A stretch of 64,000 nt of DNA from Candidatus Bathyarchaeia archaeon (GTDB lineage Archaea; Thermoproteota; Bathyarchaeia; Bathyarchaeales; Bathycorpusculaceae). A program made the translations under genes and the position numbers. The number at the start of each line of letters is the position of its first letter. Position 1 is the stretch's first letter. Location of the stretch: contig JBMFMB010000002.1 in the NCBI GenBank assembly GCA_049970895.1, positions 16,017-80,016 of the forward strand, written 5' to 3'. The notes under the pieces were generated by a model that searched no databases, was not told the DNA's origin, and was given only the letters and a program-made list of their open reading frames with translations. Below are positions 11,266 to 20,579 of the stretch, in pieces.

Positions 11266-12176
11266 AACGTTTTGACGTTATAGGTTTCGGCGCCCTAAAC
11301 GTGGACAAACTCTACAAGGTTAATAAGATAGCTGGACCAGAAGGGGAAGGCTTCATAAAAGGCTTCGAAGAGGCATGCGGAGGCTCGGCAGCCAACACCA
11401 TTGTGGGCTTGGCGAGGCTAGGCTGCAAAGTTGGCTTTATTGGGAAGGTTGCCAACGACCGCGAGGGCAAAATGCTGCTAGAAGATTTCCGCAAGGAAGG
11501 CGTAAACACAAAGGGCATTATAAGGGCGAAAACTGGACGAAGCGGAATAGTCATGGGCTTCGTAGATGAAATGGGCGAAAGAGCCTTATACGTGGACCCG
11601 GGCGTAAACGACACCATAAGCTTCGAAGAAATAGATTTGGGATATGCCTGCCAAGCAAAATTCATCCACTTAACGTCCTTTGTCGGCGAAATGTCCTTCG
11701 AAACCCAGAAAAGGCTTGTGAAAAACCTCCCAGAAGACGTTAAAGTAAGCCTAGACCCGGGCGAGCTTTATGCAAGAAAGGGCATAAAAGCCCTAAACCC
11801 AATTCTGGAGAGAACCTTTGTTTTTATGCCAAATTCTCGTGAGCTGGCACTCTTGACGGGCATGGAGGACCATGTTAAGGGTGCCGAAAAAATGTTGGGG
11901 CTTGGGGTGAAAATTGTTGCAGTCAAACTTAGCGGCAGAGGATGCTACGTCACAGATGGGAAGGAGAGCCACCACGTGGAAGCCTTCAAAGTGCACATTG
12001 TGGACACAACTGGTGCTGGAGACGCCTTTTGTGCTGGCTTCCTCTACGGCTTGTTAAACGCTAAAAGCCTAAAAGAGTGCGCAAGACTAGGCAATTTTGT
12101 TGCTTCCCGTTGCATAATGAAGATGGGTGCCCGCACTGGGCTTCCACGCCTAGAAGAATTAAAATTGCTTCTCTAA
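11262..12176 (+). CDS. PfkB/ribokinase-family (nucleoside) kinase, EhaT-like
   Basis: GGSAANT and [13 protein letters not shown] signatures; ATGA overlap with the ftr-like gene. Confidence 0.93.
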   Translation: MKRFDVIGFGALNVDKLYKVNKIAGPEGEGFIKGFEEACGGSAANTIVGLARLGCKVGFIGKVANDREGKMLLEDFRKEGVNTKGIIRAKTGRSGIVMGFVDEMGERALYVDPGVNDTISFEEIDLGYACQAKFIHLTSFVGEMSFETQKRLVKNLPEDVKVSLDPGELYARKGIKALNPILERTFVFMPNSRELALLTGMEDHVKGAEKMLGLGVKIVAVKLSGRGCYVTDGKESHHVEAFKVHIVDTTGAGDAFCAGFLYGLLNAKSLKECARLGNFVASRCIMKMGARTGLPRLEELKLLL

Positions 12177-12977
12177 ATAGTCGATTAGGTTTTCGAAGAT
12201 TAGTTTTCCATCACCGTGTTGTGGCATAAGCCTCTGCCTTGTCCAGTCTGGCTGCTGCCACCAGTAGAAGGCTCTTTCTGGGTGGGGCATCAAGCCAAAA
12301 ACTGTTCCTTCTGGGTTGCATATGCCAGCAATGTCGTGGAAAGAGCCGTTTGGGTTTATTGGATAACGTCCCTCAGCATATGTGCCATCACTTGTGCAGT
12401 ATCTAAAAACCAGCTGGTCGTTTTCATAAAGCTTCTTCAAATACTGTTTTTCCTTTTCTTTGGCGAATAGGAATCTGCCCTCCGCGTGGGCGACCGGCAT
12501 GCGCAAAACCTTTCCTTTCGGAATTTTCCTCGTAAACACGCATTTGCCGTTGTTTTCGTGCCGTATGTAGACCCAGCGGCAATTATAGCCCGGAGGATGG
12601 TTTGTGGCTAGCGCCGCCTCTGGATAGGGGCTTATGCCATCAAATGCTGGAAGTAAGCCAGCCTCAACAAGCACTTGGAAACCATTGCATATGCCGAGAA
12701 TTGGGCGTCCCTCATCAACGAAAGCCTCCAACTCTTTGCCCATTTTTGAAAGCATCCACTTCGCCCAAATCGCGCCGGCACGCACATAATCCCCATAGGA
12801 GAAGCCGCCTGGAAAAACCAGAGCATGGTAATCCATAAGGTTTCGCCGCTTAACCACCTCATTCACGTGGAGAATTTGAGCTTGAACGCCTAAATCCTCA
12901 AAGGCTGTCTTTGTTTCAGCGTCGCAGTTTGTTCCGCCAACACGAAGAATACAGACTTTAATTTCTTCGCGTTTCAT
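12159..12977 (-). CDS. purQ: FGAM synthase glutaminase subunit
   Basis: GTNCD, PGGFSYGD, LGICNGFQ, HAEG, NPNGS, GLMPHPER. Confidence 0.98.
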   Translation of the reverse strand: MKREEIKVCILRVGGTNCDAETKTAFEDLGVQAQILHVNEVVKRRNLMDYHALVFPGGFSYGDYVRAGAIWAKWMLSKMGKELEAFVDEGRPILGICNGFQVLVEAGLLPAFDGISPYPEAALATNHPPGYNCRWVYIRHENNGKCVFTRKIPKGKVLRMPVAHAEGRFLFAKEKEKQYLKKLYENDQLVFRYCTSDGTYAEGRYPINPNGSFHDIAGICNPEGTVFGLMPHPERAFYWWQQPDWTRQRLMPQHGDGKLIFENLIDYLEKQF

Positions 12978-12978
12978 G

Positions 12979-15372
12979 TTAGGCTTCGCCACTGCCACTG
13001 CCGCTTAAGGTGTGCTTCCACCAAGCCAACAACTCACTTATGGACGCATCCACAACAACATTCCCATCCAAGCCATAAACACAAAGTTTTGGCGTAGCTG
13101 TAACTTTTCCAATTCTTGCAAAAGTGCATCCCCGCATAACAGCCTCAAAGTCCCTTTCGCATTTTTCCGGGACCTCCACGAGAAAGCGGCTATTAGATTC
13201 TGCGAAGAGAATGAAGTCGTTTCTTTTCAAGCCTTTTGTTGGGACAAGCCGCAAATCCAGTTCCATGCCATAGCCGCCGGAAAAAGCCATCTCCGCCGCC
13301 GCAACAGCCAATCCCCCTTCCGACAAGTCGTGGCAAGCATTAACCAAGCCATGGTCGATAGCCCTACCTATCGCCTTAAACGTTTTTCTGGCTTGGCTGA
13401 CCCGCACCTTAGGCACAGTTTTCCCAGCAAAACCCAACAGCCTATAATATTCTGAGCCGCCAAGCTCATGGTAGGTTTTGCCAACAATGTAGATGGAGCT
13501 GCCAGGCTCCTTAACATCCGACGAAACCACAACACGGATGTCTGGAATTATCCCAACAGCCGTTATCAGTAGCGTCGGCGTTACAGGACCAAGGGGCGAC
13601 TCATTGTATAGGCTGTCCTTACCAGAAATGAAAGGCGTCCCAAAGGCTTTAGCAAAATCATAGCAAGCCTCACAAGCCCTTACAAGACTTCCAAGCCTAT
13701 CTGGTTTTTCAGGATTACCCCACGTAAAATTGTCAAGGAGCGCTATTCTTCTTCCGCCGACAGCCACATTGTTCCTTAATGCCTCATCTATGGCTGAAGC
13801 CGCCATCCAGTATGGGTCAATCTTCCCATATTGCGGGTTTATGCCACAGGAAATCACCAGACCACGCCACGAATCTTTTAGAGGCTTTAGGACTGCCGCA
13901 TCATTTGGGCCGCCAAACTCCCCATGCAAGGGCTTTAGAACTGTGTTCCCCTTAACCTCATGGTCGTAAGTTCTGATGACGCTCTCCTTGCTGGCAATGT
14001 TCGGCGAAGAAAGCAGCCTCAAAACAGTGCTGGTCAAGTCTTTTGGTTCTGGTAAGGCTGGTTCCGTAAAAGCTGGTGGCTTATACTCGGCAACCCTAAC
14101 TGTTCGGGGCGGTTCGAAAAGGAATGAGATGTCCAGCTCAGCAACCTTTACTCCGCCATAATAAATGCGCAAAATCTTGTCATCAGTATACCGCCCAATA
14201 GCAGTGGCTTCAACATCCTCCCCCTCAAAAACCTCCAAAACCCGCGTAAGGTTTTCTGGCGGAACAGCTAAGAGCATCCTCTCTTGAGACTCGGAAATGT
14301 AAATTTCCCAAGGAGCCAAGCCCGGATATTTCAGCGGCACCTTTTCAAGCTCCACAACAGCACCGCAGCCAAAACGTTTGGCGGTTTCGCCAACAGCGGA
14401 GGATAAGCCGCCCCCACCAAGGTCTGTTATGGCTGAAGCTAACTCCAAATTCCTTATGGCGATTATTGCCCTCTTAAGCTTCTCCTCCTCAATGGGATTC
14501 GCAATTTGAACAGCTGGTCTGGAAACCTCCTCAGACTTTTCCGTTAACTCCGCAGAAGCAAAAGTAACCCCGTGGATGCCGTCTCTTCCAGTTTTTCCTC
14601 CAGCCAAAACAATAAAGTCGCCTGGTTTCGCGTTTCTCCTAAACTTTTTTAGTGGCAGAAGCCCGACGCATCCACAATAGACAACCACGTTGCCTATATA
14701 GCTCTCATCAAAGCATATGGCGCCATTAACCGTCGGTATCCCCATGTTATTGCCATAACTCCCAATACCAGCGACAACGCCCAAATACACGTATTTTGGA
14801 TGCTTAACCCCAGGCGGAAGCCTCTCATAAGGATAATCCAAAGGACCGAAGCCCAAAACATCCATACACGCAATCGGATCAGCCCAAACCCCCAAAATAT
14901 CGCGTATGACGCCACCTACACCAGTGGCTGCACCGCCAAAAGGCTCTATAGCTGAGGGGTGATTATGAGTTTCAACCTTCACGGCTATACCATAACCATT
15001 TTCAAAGCGTATTATACCCGCATTATCTTCAAAAACAGAAAAGCACCAGCGGGGATTAAGCTCCCTTGTAACTCTTGCAATATAAGTTTTGAAGAGGCTG
15101 TCAATCTCTTTCCCATCAAACTTTACTATGCCTTTAAAGGTTTTGTGAAAACAGTGCTCAGACCAAGTCTGCCCAAGGGTTTGGAGTTCAACATCTGTTG
15201 GATTTCTACCCTTCTCCTTAAAGTATTTTTGAACAGCCTGCATCTCTTCAAGGTTTAAACCCAAACCAAGCTCACGGCTAACATCCAACAACTGCTGGTC
15301 AGAGGCATAAGCCAAAGCCACTTCAAAAAGTGGGAAGGGTGTCTCCCTGCGAATGTAGAGGTTTCCGCTCAT
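12979..15372 (-). CDS. purL: FGAM synthase synthetase subunit
   Basis: WSEHC, ETHNHPSAIEPFGGAATGVGG, TGRDGIHG, DLGGGG, SESQERM, HDLSEGG. Confidence 0.98.
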   Translation of the reverse strand: MSGNLYIRRETPFPLFEVALAYASDQQLLDVSRELGLGLNLEEMQAVQKYFKEKGRNPTDVELQTLGQTWSEHCFHKTFKGIVKFDGKEIDSLFKTYIARVTRELNPRWCFSVFEDNAGIIRFENGYGIAVKVETHNHPSAIEPFGGAATGVGGVIRDILGVWADPIACMDVLGFGPLDYPYERLPPGVKHPKYVYLGVVAGIGSYGNNMGIPTVNGAICFDESYIGNVVVYCGCVGLLPLKKFRRNAKPGDFIVLAGGKTGRDGIHGVTFASAELTEKSEEVSRPAVQIANPIEEEKLKRAIIAIRNLELASAITDLGGGGLSSAVGETAKRFGCGAVVELEKVPLKYPGLAPWEIYISESQERMLLAVPPENLTRVLEVFEGEDVEATAIGRYTDDKILRIYYGGVKVAELDISFLFEPPRTVRVAEYKPPAFTEPALPEPKDLTSTVLRLLSSPNIASKESVIRTYDHEVKGNTVLKPLHGEFGGPNDAAVLKPLKDSWRGLVISCGINPQYGKIDPYWMAASAIDEALRNNVAVGGRRIALLDNFTWGNPEKPDRLGSLVRACEACYDFAKAFGTPFISGKDSLYNESPLGPVTPTLLITAVGIIPDIRVVVSSDVKEPGSSIYIVGKTYHELGGSEYYRLLGFAGKTVPKVRVSQARKTFKAIGRAIDHGLVNACHDLSEGGLAVAAAEMAFSGGYGMELDLRLVPTKGLKRNDFILFAESNSRFLVEVPEKCERDFEAVMRGCTFARIGKVTATPKLCVYGLDGNVVVDASISELLAWWKHTLSGSGSGEA

Positions 15373-15620
15373 CTTTCCTCCTCAACCATTATGGTGTAAT
15401 TGTCCTTTGTGGGGTTAGCCAAAAGCCTCTTACACATCTCCTCAGCCTTAGCCAAGGCTTCATCCCTAGAATCGGCTAAAACAATAACGCTGTAAACCTT
15501 GCTAACGCCAACCCTTTCAACTCTATAGCCAAGCTCCTTAAGCAAACGGGCTGTGGTTTCGCCTTCTGGGTCGCTGTGCCCCGGTTTCAAGCCAACCTCA
15601 ATTTTAAGACGATACCTCAT
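15369..15620 (-). CDS. purS: FGAM synthase subunit PurS
   Basis: LKPGHSDPEG...MCKRLLANP; overlaps the purL start. Confidence 0.95.
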   Translation of the reverse strand: MRYRLKIEVGLKPGHSDPEGETTARLLKELGYRVERVGVSKVYSVIVLADSRDEALAKAEEMCKRLLANPTKDNYTIMVEEER

Positions 15621-15675
15621 AGGCTAAATTAAACCCAAAGCCGATTTAAACACTTTCACCACAGAAAAGGCAAAC

Positions 15676-16773
15676 TTACCTTTTTAAAACAATTCTCCTA
15701 CCCTTATAAAAGATTCGGATTCCACGAGTACCCGTAACACGCCCAATCGCTTCGGCGTGCACCCCAGACCTTTCCAAAACGTCAACAGCCTTATCCACCT
15801 CTTGTTTTTCAACCACTATTGCAAAACCCCAACCCATATTAAAAGTCTTAAACATCTCCTCATCTGATATTTTGCCGCCAAGCTCGGAAGCAGCCCTCTG
15901 AATGACTTCAAAAATGGGCTGAGGCTTAAAATTGTCAAACTCAAAGCCTATACCCTTCGAGAAAAGCGTCAAACGGTCAAATTTTAAGTAGGCATCACCA
16001 GTAATATGCACAGCGGCCTTAACCCTAACCTCGTCTGCAACCCGCAGAAAAGGCTTAACATAAATTTTAGTGGGCTCTAAAACCTCATAAACCAATTCCC
16101 TTTCAAGAGGCTCAACAACGTCAAACTGGTCGTATCTACCACCCCAACACTTAAACAAAACCTTACGCGCCAAAGTCACACCATTGCTGTGGATTCCAGA
16201 ACTCCGCAGGCCAACAACAACATCGCCGGGCTTCAAATTCCTCCCATAAATAACCTTGTCTTTAGAAACTTCGCCAACAGAGGCAAAAACCATGTCAAAA
16301 CCCTTCCCCTCCGCCAAACCCCTAATCAACTCGGCAACATCACCAATCTCACCGCCCGGAACAACACATTCAGCCTCCACGGCACCTTTCACTATACCCT
16401 TCATCCACTCCCTAACCAAAACCGGATCAGAAACCTGAGCGTGAATATTATCCACAACAGCCAAAGGCCTAGCCCCGGAACGAATAACATCATTAACAGC
16501 CATAGCCACACCATCAACACCAATAGTATCATATTTGTCGGCCAACTGAGCCACCAAAACCTTAGTGCCAACCCCCTCCACCACAAGATCCAAAAAATAG
16601 CCATCACGAAAAGGAAAAATCACACCATAAGGAAGCCGCACAACCCCACCATAACGACTAAAACCATAAGTCCTCCGCAAAAGACGCAAAGCACCTTTCG
16701 CCCTCGTCCTCAACCCCCTATCAACACCGGCACCAGCATAAGTAAAATCCCTACGCAACAATAATCCTCCCAA
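15676..16773 (-). CDS. purM: AIR synthase (phosphoribosylformylglycinamidine cyclo-ligase)
   Basis: TYAGAGVD, EGVGTK, AMAVND, GGE, SSGIHSNG, HITG, TFNMGWG. Confidence 0.95.
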   Translation of the reverse strand: MGGLLLRRDFTYAGAGVDRGLRTRAKGALRLLRRTYGFSRYGGVVRLPYGVIFPFRDGYFLDLVVEGVGTKVLVAQLADKYDTIGVDGVAMAVNDVIRSGARPLAVVDNIHAQVSDPVLVREWMKGIVKGAVEAECVVPGGEIGDVAELIRGLAEGKGFDMVFASVGEVSKDKVIYGRNLKPGDVVVGLRSSGIHSNGVTLARKVLFKCWGGRYDQFDVVEPLERELVYEVLEPTKIYVKPFLRVADEVRVKAAVHITGDAYLKFDRLTLFSKGIGFEFDNFKPQPIFEVIQRAASELGGKISDEEMFKTFNMGWGFAIVVEKQEVDKAVDVLERSGVHAEAIGRVTGTRGIRIFYKGRRIVLKR

Positions 16774-16924
16774 ACAGCCAACCTATCATAAGAAAATCCC
16801 TTTTAAAAGTGTTCACTCAAAGACATCTGCAAACAACGCTAACTTGCGCTCTGTTTCAGCGAAGGTTTTAATACATGTTTAATTTACAAACCAAAATGGC
16901 AGAAAGATTCAGATACATTTTATT

Positions 16925-17000
16925 GCGGCCGTAGTCTAGCCTGGCAGGACTTCGGCCTCCCGAGCCGGCGACCCGGGTTCAAATCCCGGCGGCCGCACCA
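16925..17000 (+). tRNA. tRNA-Gly(CCC), CCA encoded
   Basis: Acceptor GCGGCCG/CGGCCGC-A-CCA; anticodon arm TCGGC-CTCCCGA-GCCGG; T arm CCGGG-TTCAAAT-CCCGG. Confidence 0.97.
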
Positions 17001-17109
17001 CCGTTTACTAAATTTTATTTTGCAGCTGAAATTGGAATGGCAAACGTTAAAATGGTTTGCATGTTTCAACATATTAGACGGTTAAGTTGCTTTGAAATGT
17101 GCGTGAAGT

Positions 17110-18003
17110 TTGTGGTGTTTGGATTTGCACTTGCCAGTTATGAAGAATGAGGTTATTCGTTTTCTTGCTCCAAAGTTGGGTGAGGATTTTGTTGATTGCA
17201 CCGTGGGTTTAGGTGGTCATGCTTTGGCGATTTTGGATCGGACGAGGCCTTCTGGTAGGGTTTTGGGGATAGACGCCGACCCAACAATCTTGGAGAGGCT
17301 CAAGCGCAAACTGGAGGGTACAGATTATGAGGAGCGTTTAGTTCTTGTATGCGATAACTTTGCAAACTTGGGCGAGATAGTTAAGAAATACTCCTTTAGA
17401 AGTGTTTCTGGAGTTTTGTTTGATTTGGGTTTGTCCAGTTGGCACTTAGAGGAAAGTGGTCGTGGATTTTCTTTTCTCCGAAATGAGCCGCTGGATATGC
17501 GGTACAGTCCGGAGAGTCCGCTGACAGCCGAGGCCATAGTGAACTTTTGGAGTTTGAAAGACCTTTGGAGGATTCTGAGGGTTTATGGGCAGGAAAGGTT
17601 TTCGAGGAGAATTGCCGAGGAAATTGTGCGGTCCAGACCTTTGAGGACGACTGTGGATTTGGTTATGGCTGTTGAGAGGGCGACGCCTTCATGGTATCAT
17701 AGGGGGAGAATCCATTTTGCAACAAAAACCTTTCAGGCTTTGAGAATAGCCGTGAACAATGAGTTGGAGAATTTGGAGAGGGCCCTGCCTCAAGCCCTCG
17801 ACATAATGGGTAATGGTGGCAGACTTGTGGTTATAGCTTTCCATTCTTTGGAAGACCGCATTGTTAAGAATTTTCTGAGGGAAAAGGCCAAGGAAGGTGT
17901 TGTTAAAATTTTGACGAAAAAGCCTGTCCGACCATCTAAGGCTGAGGTTGCGGAGAATCCTAGGGCTAGGTCGGCAAGGCTTAGGGCTGCATTGAAGGTT
18001 TGA
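17110..18003 (+). CDS. rsmH: 16S rRNA (cytosine1402-N4)-methyltransferase, bacterial type
   Basis: HLPVM, DCTVGLGGH, DLGLSS, RGFSF, PLDMR, TFQALRIAVNNEL, FHSLEDRIVK, NPRARSARLR. Confidence 0.95.
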   Translation: MWCLDLHLPVMKNEVIRFLAPKLGEDFVDCTVGLGGHALAILDRTRPSGRVLGIDADPTILERLKRKLEGTDYEERLVLVCDNFANLGEIVKKYSFRSVSGVLFDLGLSSWHLEESGRGFSFLRNEPLDMRYSPESPLTAEAIVNFWSLKDLWRILRVYGQERFSRRIAEEIVRSRPLRTTVDLVMAVERATPSWYHRGRIHFATKTFQALRIAVNNELENLERALPQALDIMGNGGRLVVIAFHSLEDRIVKNFLREKAKEGVVKILTKKPVRPSKAEVAENPRARSARLRAALKV

Positions 18004-18019
18004 GCCTTTTAAGGTTGCA

Positions 18020-18436
18020 CTATGGTGGTTTTATGGCTTTCAGTGTTGGTTCAAGTTCTTTAATTCTTTTGAGGATTATGTCTGAGTGGATGGTTATCCA
18101 TGGGCTTGGGTTTTTAATTTTGCATATGCATATGGTTTTCTTACCCCTCATTTTTGCGTAGAACAGCTCCATGCATGTTCCAGCGGAAAGTTTAGGCATG
18201 TAGGCGATTAGGATGTCGCATTTCTCTATGTCTTCTAAATCCCTTTTAATGAAGTCTGCTGCTGGCACTTTCTCCCACCAACCATGTTCTTTGCTTCTAT
18301 AGATTATTTTTTCGCGTTGCCACGGGTCGATGGGCTCGTATCCGCAGCGGATGCAGATGCGCCTAATTGTCTCTCTATAAGACTGCCTTTTCTCCATTCC
18401 CTGTATTGGACCTGAAATGAAGACTTTACACCTCAT
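18020..18436 (-). CDS. Nucleoside 2-deoxyribosyltransferase / nucleotide N-hydrolase family
   Basis: VFISGPI, DLEDIEKCDILIA, SAGTCMELFYAKMRGK. Confidence 0.8.
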   Translation of the reverse strand: MRCKVFISGPIQGMEKRQSYRETIRRICIRCGYEPIDPWQREKIIYRSKEHGWWEKVPAADFIKRDLEDIEKCDILIAYMPKLSAGTCMELFYAKMRGKKTICICKIKNPSPWITIHSDIILKRIKELEPTLKAIKPP

Positions 18437-18513
18437 AGTGTGGCACTTTTCGTGTTTTATGGAAAGGATTAAGTGTTGGGTGTATATTTTGGTTTTCTAA
18501 AACTTGGAAAGGG

Positions 18514-19797
18514 ATGCTTGGTTTGGGATTGCTTGATCCTTTGACGGCTGTGGTGATTTCCTTCTGCTTTCTCGGAGTTTTGCTTTATAGACGTGTTAAT
18601 TTGGGGATAACGCTAACCGCCACAGCTGTTCTTTTGGCTTTGCTTTCACTGGATTGGCGGAGTATCCCGGGCATAGCCTATGCAACTGTTGACCCTTTGA
18701 AAAGTGAGGGGCTTCTTGCTATATCGGTTATTCTCGCAACTTTTGGCATAATGTGGCTTAGCCAACTCTACAAAGAGACTGGGGAAATCGCCAAACTGAG
18801 CGATAGCCTAAGCCGAATCATTAAAAATCCAAAAATTGTTCTAAGCGTGCTTCCAGCCGTGATAGGTTTCCTTCCAGTGGCTGGCGGAGCCTTAATGTCA
18901 GCTCCCATAGTGGATTCTGAGGCTGAAAAGTTGAAATTAAAGCCTGAAAGGAAGGCTTATGTGAATTTGTGGTTTAGACACACGATTTTCCCGGTTTATC
19001 CACTAAGCCAACCGCTTATAGTGACAGCGGCCTTAACAGGAATAGCTATATTCTCAATTATTTTACTTCAGATTCCAACAGTTATCGTAATGGTTGCTGT
19101 TGGCTTTTTGGTTGGCTTCTGGAAAATTCCAAGCGTAAAAAGTGGAGAAGATTCTGAAACAGCAAGAAGTAATGCCACCTTAGAGCTTAAACGTTTTCTC
19201 AAATCTTTCTCTCCTATACTGGTGACCATTGTTGTGGCTGTTTTTATTGATGCGCTGAGCTATGGCTTGTCCAGGCTGGGTTTTGATGTTTTAATCGCAA
19301 CTTTTGCTGGCTTAGTGGCTTTAGTCATAATTTCAAGAATGAGCCGCAATTTTCTTGTGAAACCAATTAAGGAATGGGGAATTTACGGTGTGACGCTCGC
19401 CGTTTACGGAGCCTTTCTCCTTCGAAAAGTGATTGATGCTTCTGGGTTTTCCGAGGTTTTCAAGCAGTTTGTTGCCAGCGGAAATGTTGATGTTGCTTTG
19501 CCGTTGATTGTTATACCCTCAGTTTTGGGTTTTTTGACCGGTTCCCCGCTCGGAGCAATAGCCATAAGCGTACCCGTTTTGAAAGCAGAAGTTCTAACTT
19601 TTTCGCCAAAGACCGCCGCGCTTCTATATATTAGTGCCTACCTTGGATATACTATTGCACCCACACACCTTTGTTTCACGTTTACCGCTGACTATTTCAA
19701 AAGTCCATTGGGCAAAGTTTACAAGTACGTGATTCCCTCTTTTATAGTTACTTTTGCGACAGCAGTACTAGTTTATTTCCTACCTTTTCCCATCTAA
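18514..19797 (+). CDS. DUF401-family multi-pass membrane protein (putative transporter)
   Basis: About 11-12 hydrophobic segments; PAVIGFLPVAGGALMSAP, NLWFRH, PTHLCF. Confidence 0.75.
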   Translation: MLGLGLLDPLTAVVISFCFLGVLLYRRVNLGITLTATAVLLALLSLDWRSIPGIAYATVDPLKSEGLLAISVILATFGIMWLSQLYKETGEIAKLSDSLSRIIKNPKIVLSVLPAVIGFLPVAGGALMSAPIVDSEAEKLKLKPERKAYVNLWFRHTIFPVYPLSQPLIVTAALTGIAIFSIILLQIPTVIVMVAVGFLVGFWKIPSVKSGEDSETARSNATLELKRFLKSFSPILVTIVVAVFIDALSYGLSRLGFDVLIATFAGLVALVIISRMSRNFLVKPIKEWGIYGVTLAVYGAFLLRKVIDASGFSEVFKQFVASGNVDVALPLIVIPSVLGFLTGSPLGAIAISVPVLKAEVLTFSPKTAALLYISAYLGYTIAPTHLCFTFTADYFKSPLGKVYKYVIPSFIVTFATAVLVYFLPFPI

Positions 19798-19836
19798 AAT
19801 GCTTAAAAGTTTGCAGTGTTTTAAGCGTAAATAGGG

Positions 19837-20115
19837 GTGGAAATGGTTTTAGCACTTGGTGGTGAAACACTTTACGAGCTGGGCATAATCATAATCTTAG
19901 TAGGCGTCATAATAGTCTTCGCGGCTTTTGTACTGCTTTTTCTTTCAAGTATAAAGGGCGGAAAAGCGCGGGGTGGTGGAGCATTAATTATTGGACCCTT
20001 TCCAATAGTTTTTGGCAGCGATAAAGAATCCGTCAAGACCATTTTGTGGCTTTCGATAGCGCTCACCCTGCTTCTTTTTGTAGTTTTCATTGTGCTTTAT
20101 CTGTTGGGTGGGTGA
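19837..20115 (+). CDS. DUF131/TIGR00304-like small membrane protein
   Basis: TM - GGGALIIGPFPIVFGSD - TM. Confidence 0.8.
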   Translation: MEMVLALGGETLYELGIIIILVGVIIVFAAFVLLFLSSIKGGKARGGGALIIGPFPIVFGSDKESVKTILWLSIALTLLLFVVFIVLYLLGG

Positions 20116-20121
20116 AAACGG

Positions 20122-20397
20122 ATGGTGTCTGAAAAAGAAGAAGACGAACGGATTAAACGCTACATAATGTTATTTTTCATAGGCTTTTTCATAATCTTGG
20201 TGGGCGTTATAATAACGGTGGCCGCCGCACTACTATTTGGCGAAGGCACCGCAAGCCTCGGAGGCTTCATACTTATTGGGCCATTTCCAATAGTTTTTGG
20301 CGCTGGACCAGGAGCCACATGGCTTGCCTTATTCGCCATAATCCTTGGTATTTTAAGCCTTACACTACTCCTCATATTGTGGCGTAGGAAAAGTTGA
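20122..20397 (+). CDS. DUF131-like small membrane protein, tandem paralog
   Basis: TM - GGFILIGPFPIVFG - TM. Confidence 0.8.
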   Translation: MVSEKEEDERIKRYIMLFFIGFFIILVGVIITVAAALLFGEGTASLGGFILIGPFPIVFGAGPGATWLALFAIILGILSLTLLLILWRRKS

Positions 20398-20416
20398 GAA
20401 GGGGCTACCGAGGGGT

Positions 20417-20533
20417 TCAGCTTTCCTTCTCTTCCCTACCATAGAATATGTATAGGAATATTAGGACTAGGACGACAAAAGTTGCCGTCATTAATACGTA
20501 TTTGAGGGTTTCAAAGTATGCTCCAATATCCAC
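20417..20533 (-). CDS. 38-aa single-pass membrane peptide
   Basis: GTG start with GGGGA upstream; MDIGAYFETLKYVLMTATFVVLVLIFLYIFYGREEKES; below the ORF-track cutoff. Confidence 0.55.
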   Translation of the reverse strand: MDIGAYFETLKYVLMTATFVVLVLIFLYIFYGREEKES

Positions 20534-20579
20534 GTGAAATCCCCTTTTCTACGCCTCTTCTAATTCTAATTTGTGGTAT

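Noticed and set aside
16189-16764. 191-aa N/T/P/K-rich ORF on the plus strand
   Set aside because: Antisense to purM; explained by the extreme A/C skew, which depletes stop codons
16925-18436. Possible integrated island at tRNA-Gly carrying rsmH
   Set aside because: No integrase nearby and no repeat of the tRNA 3' end seen in the window
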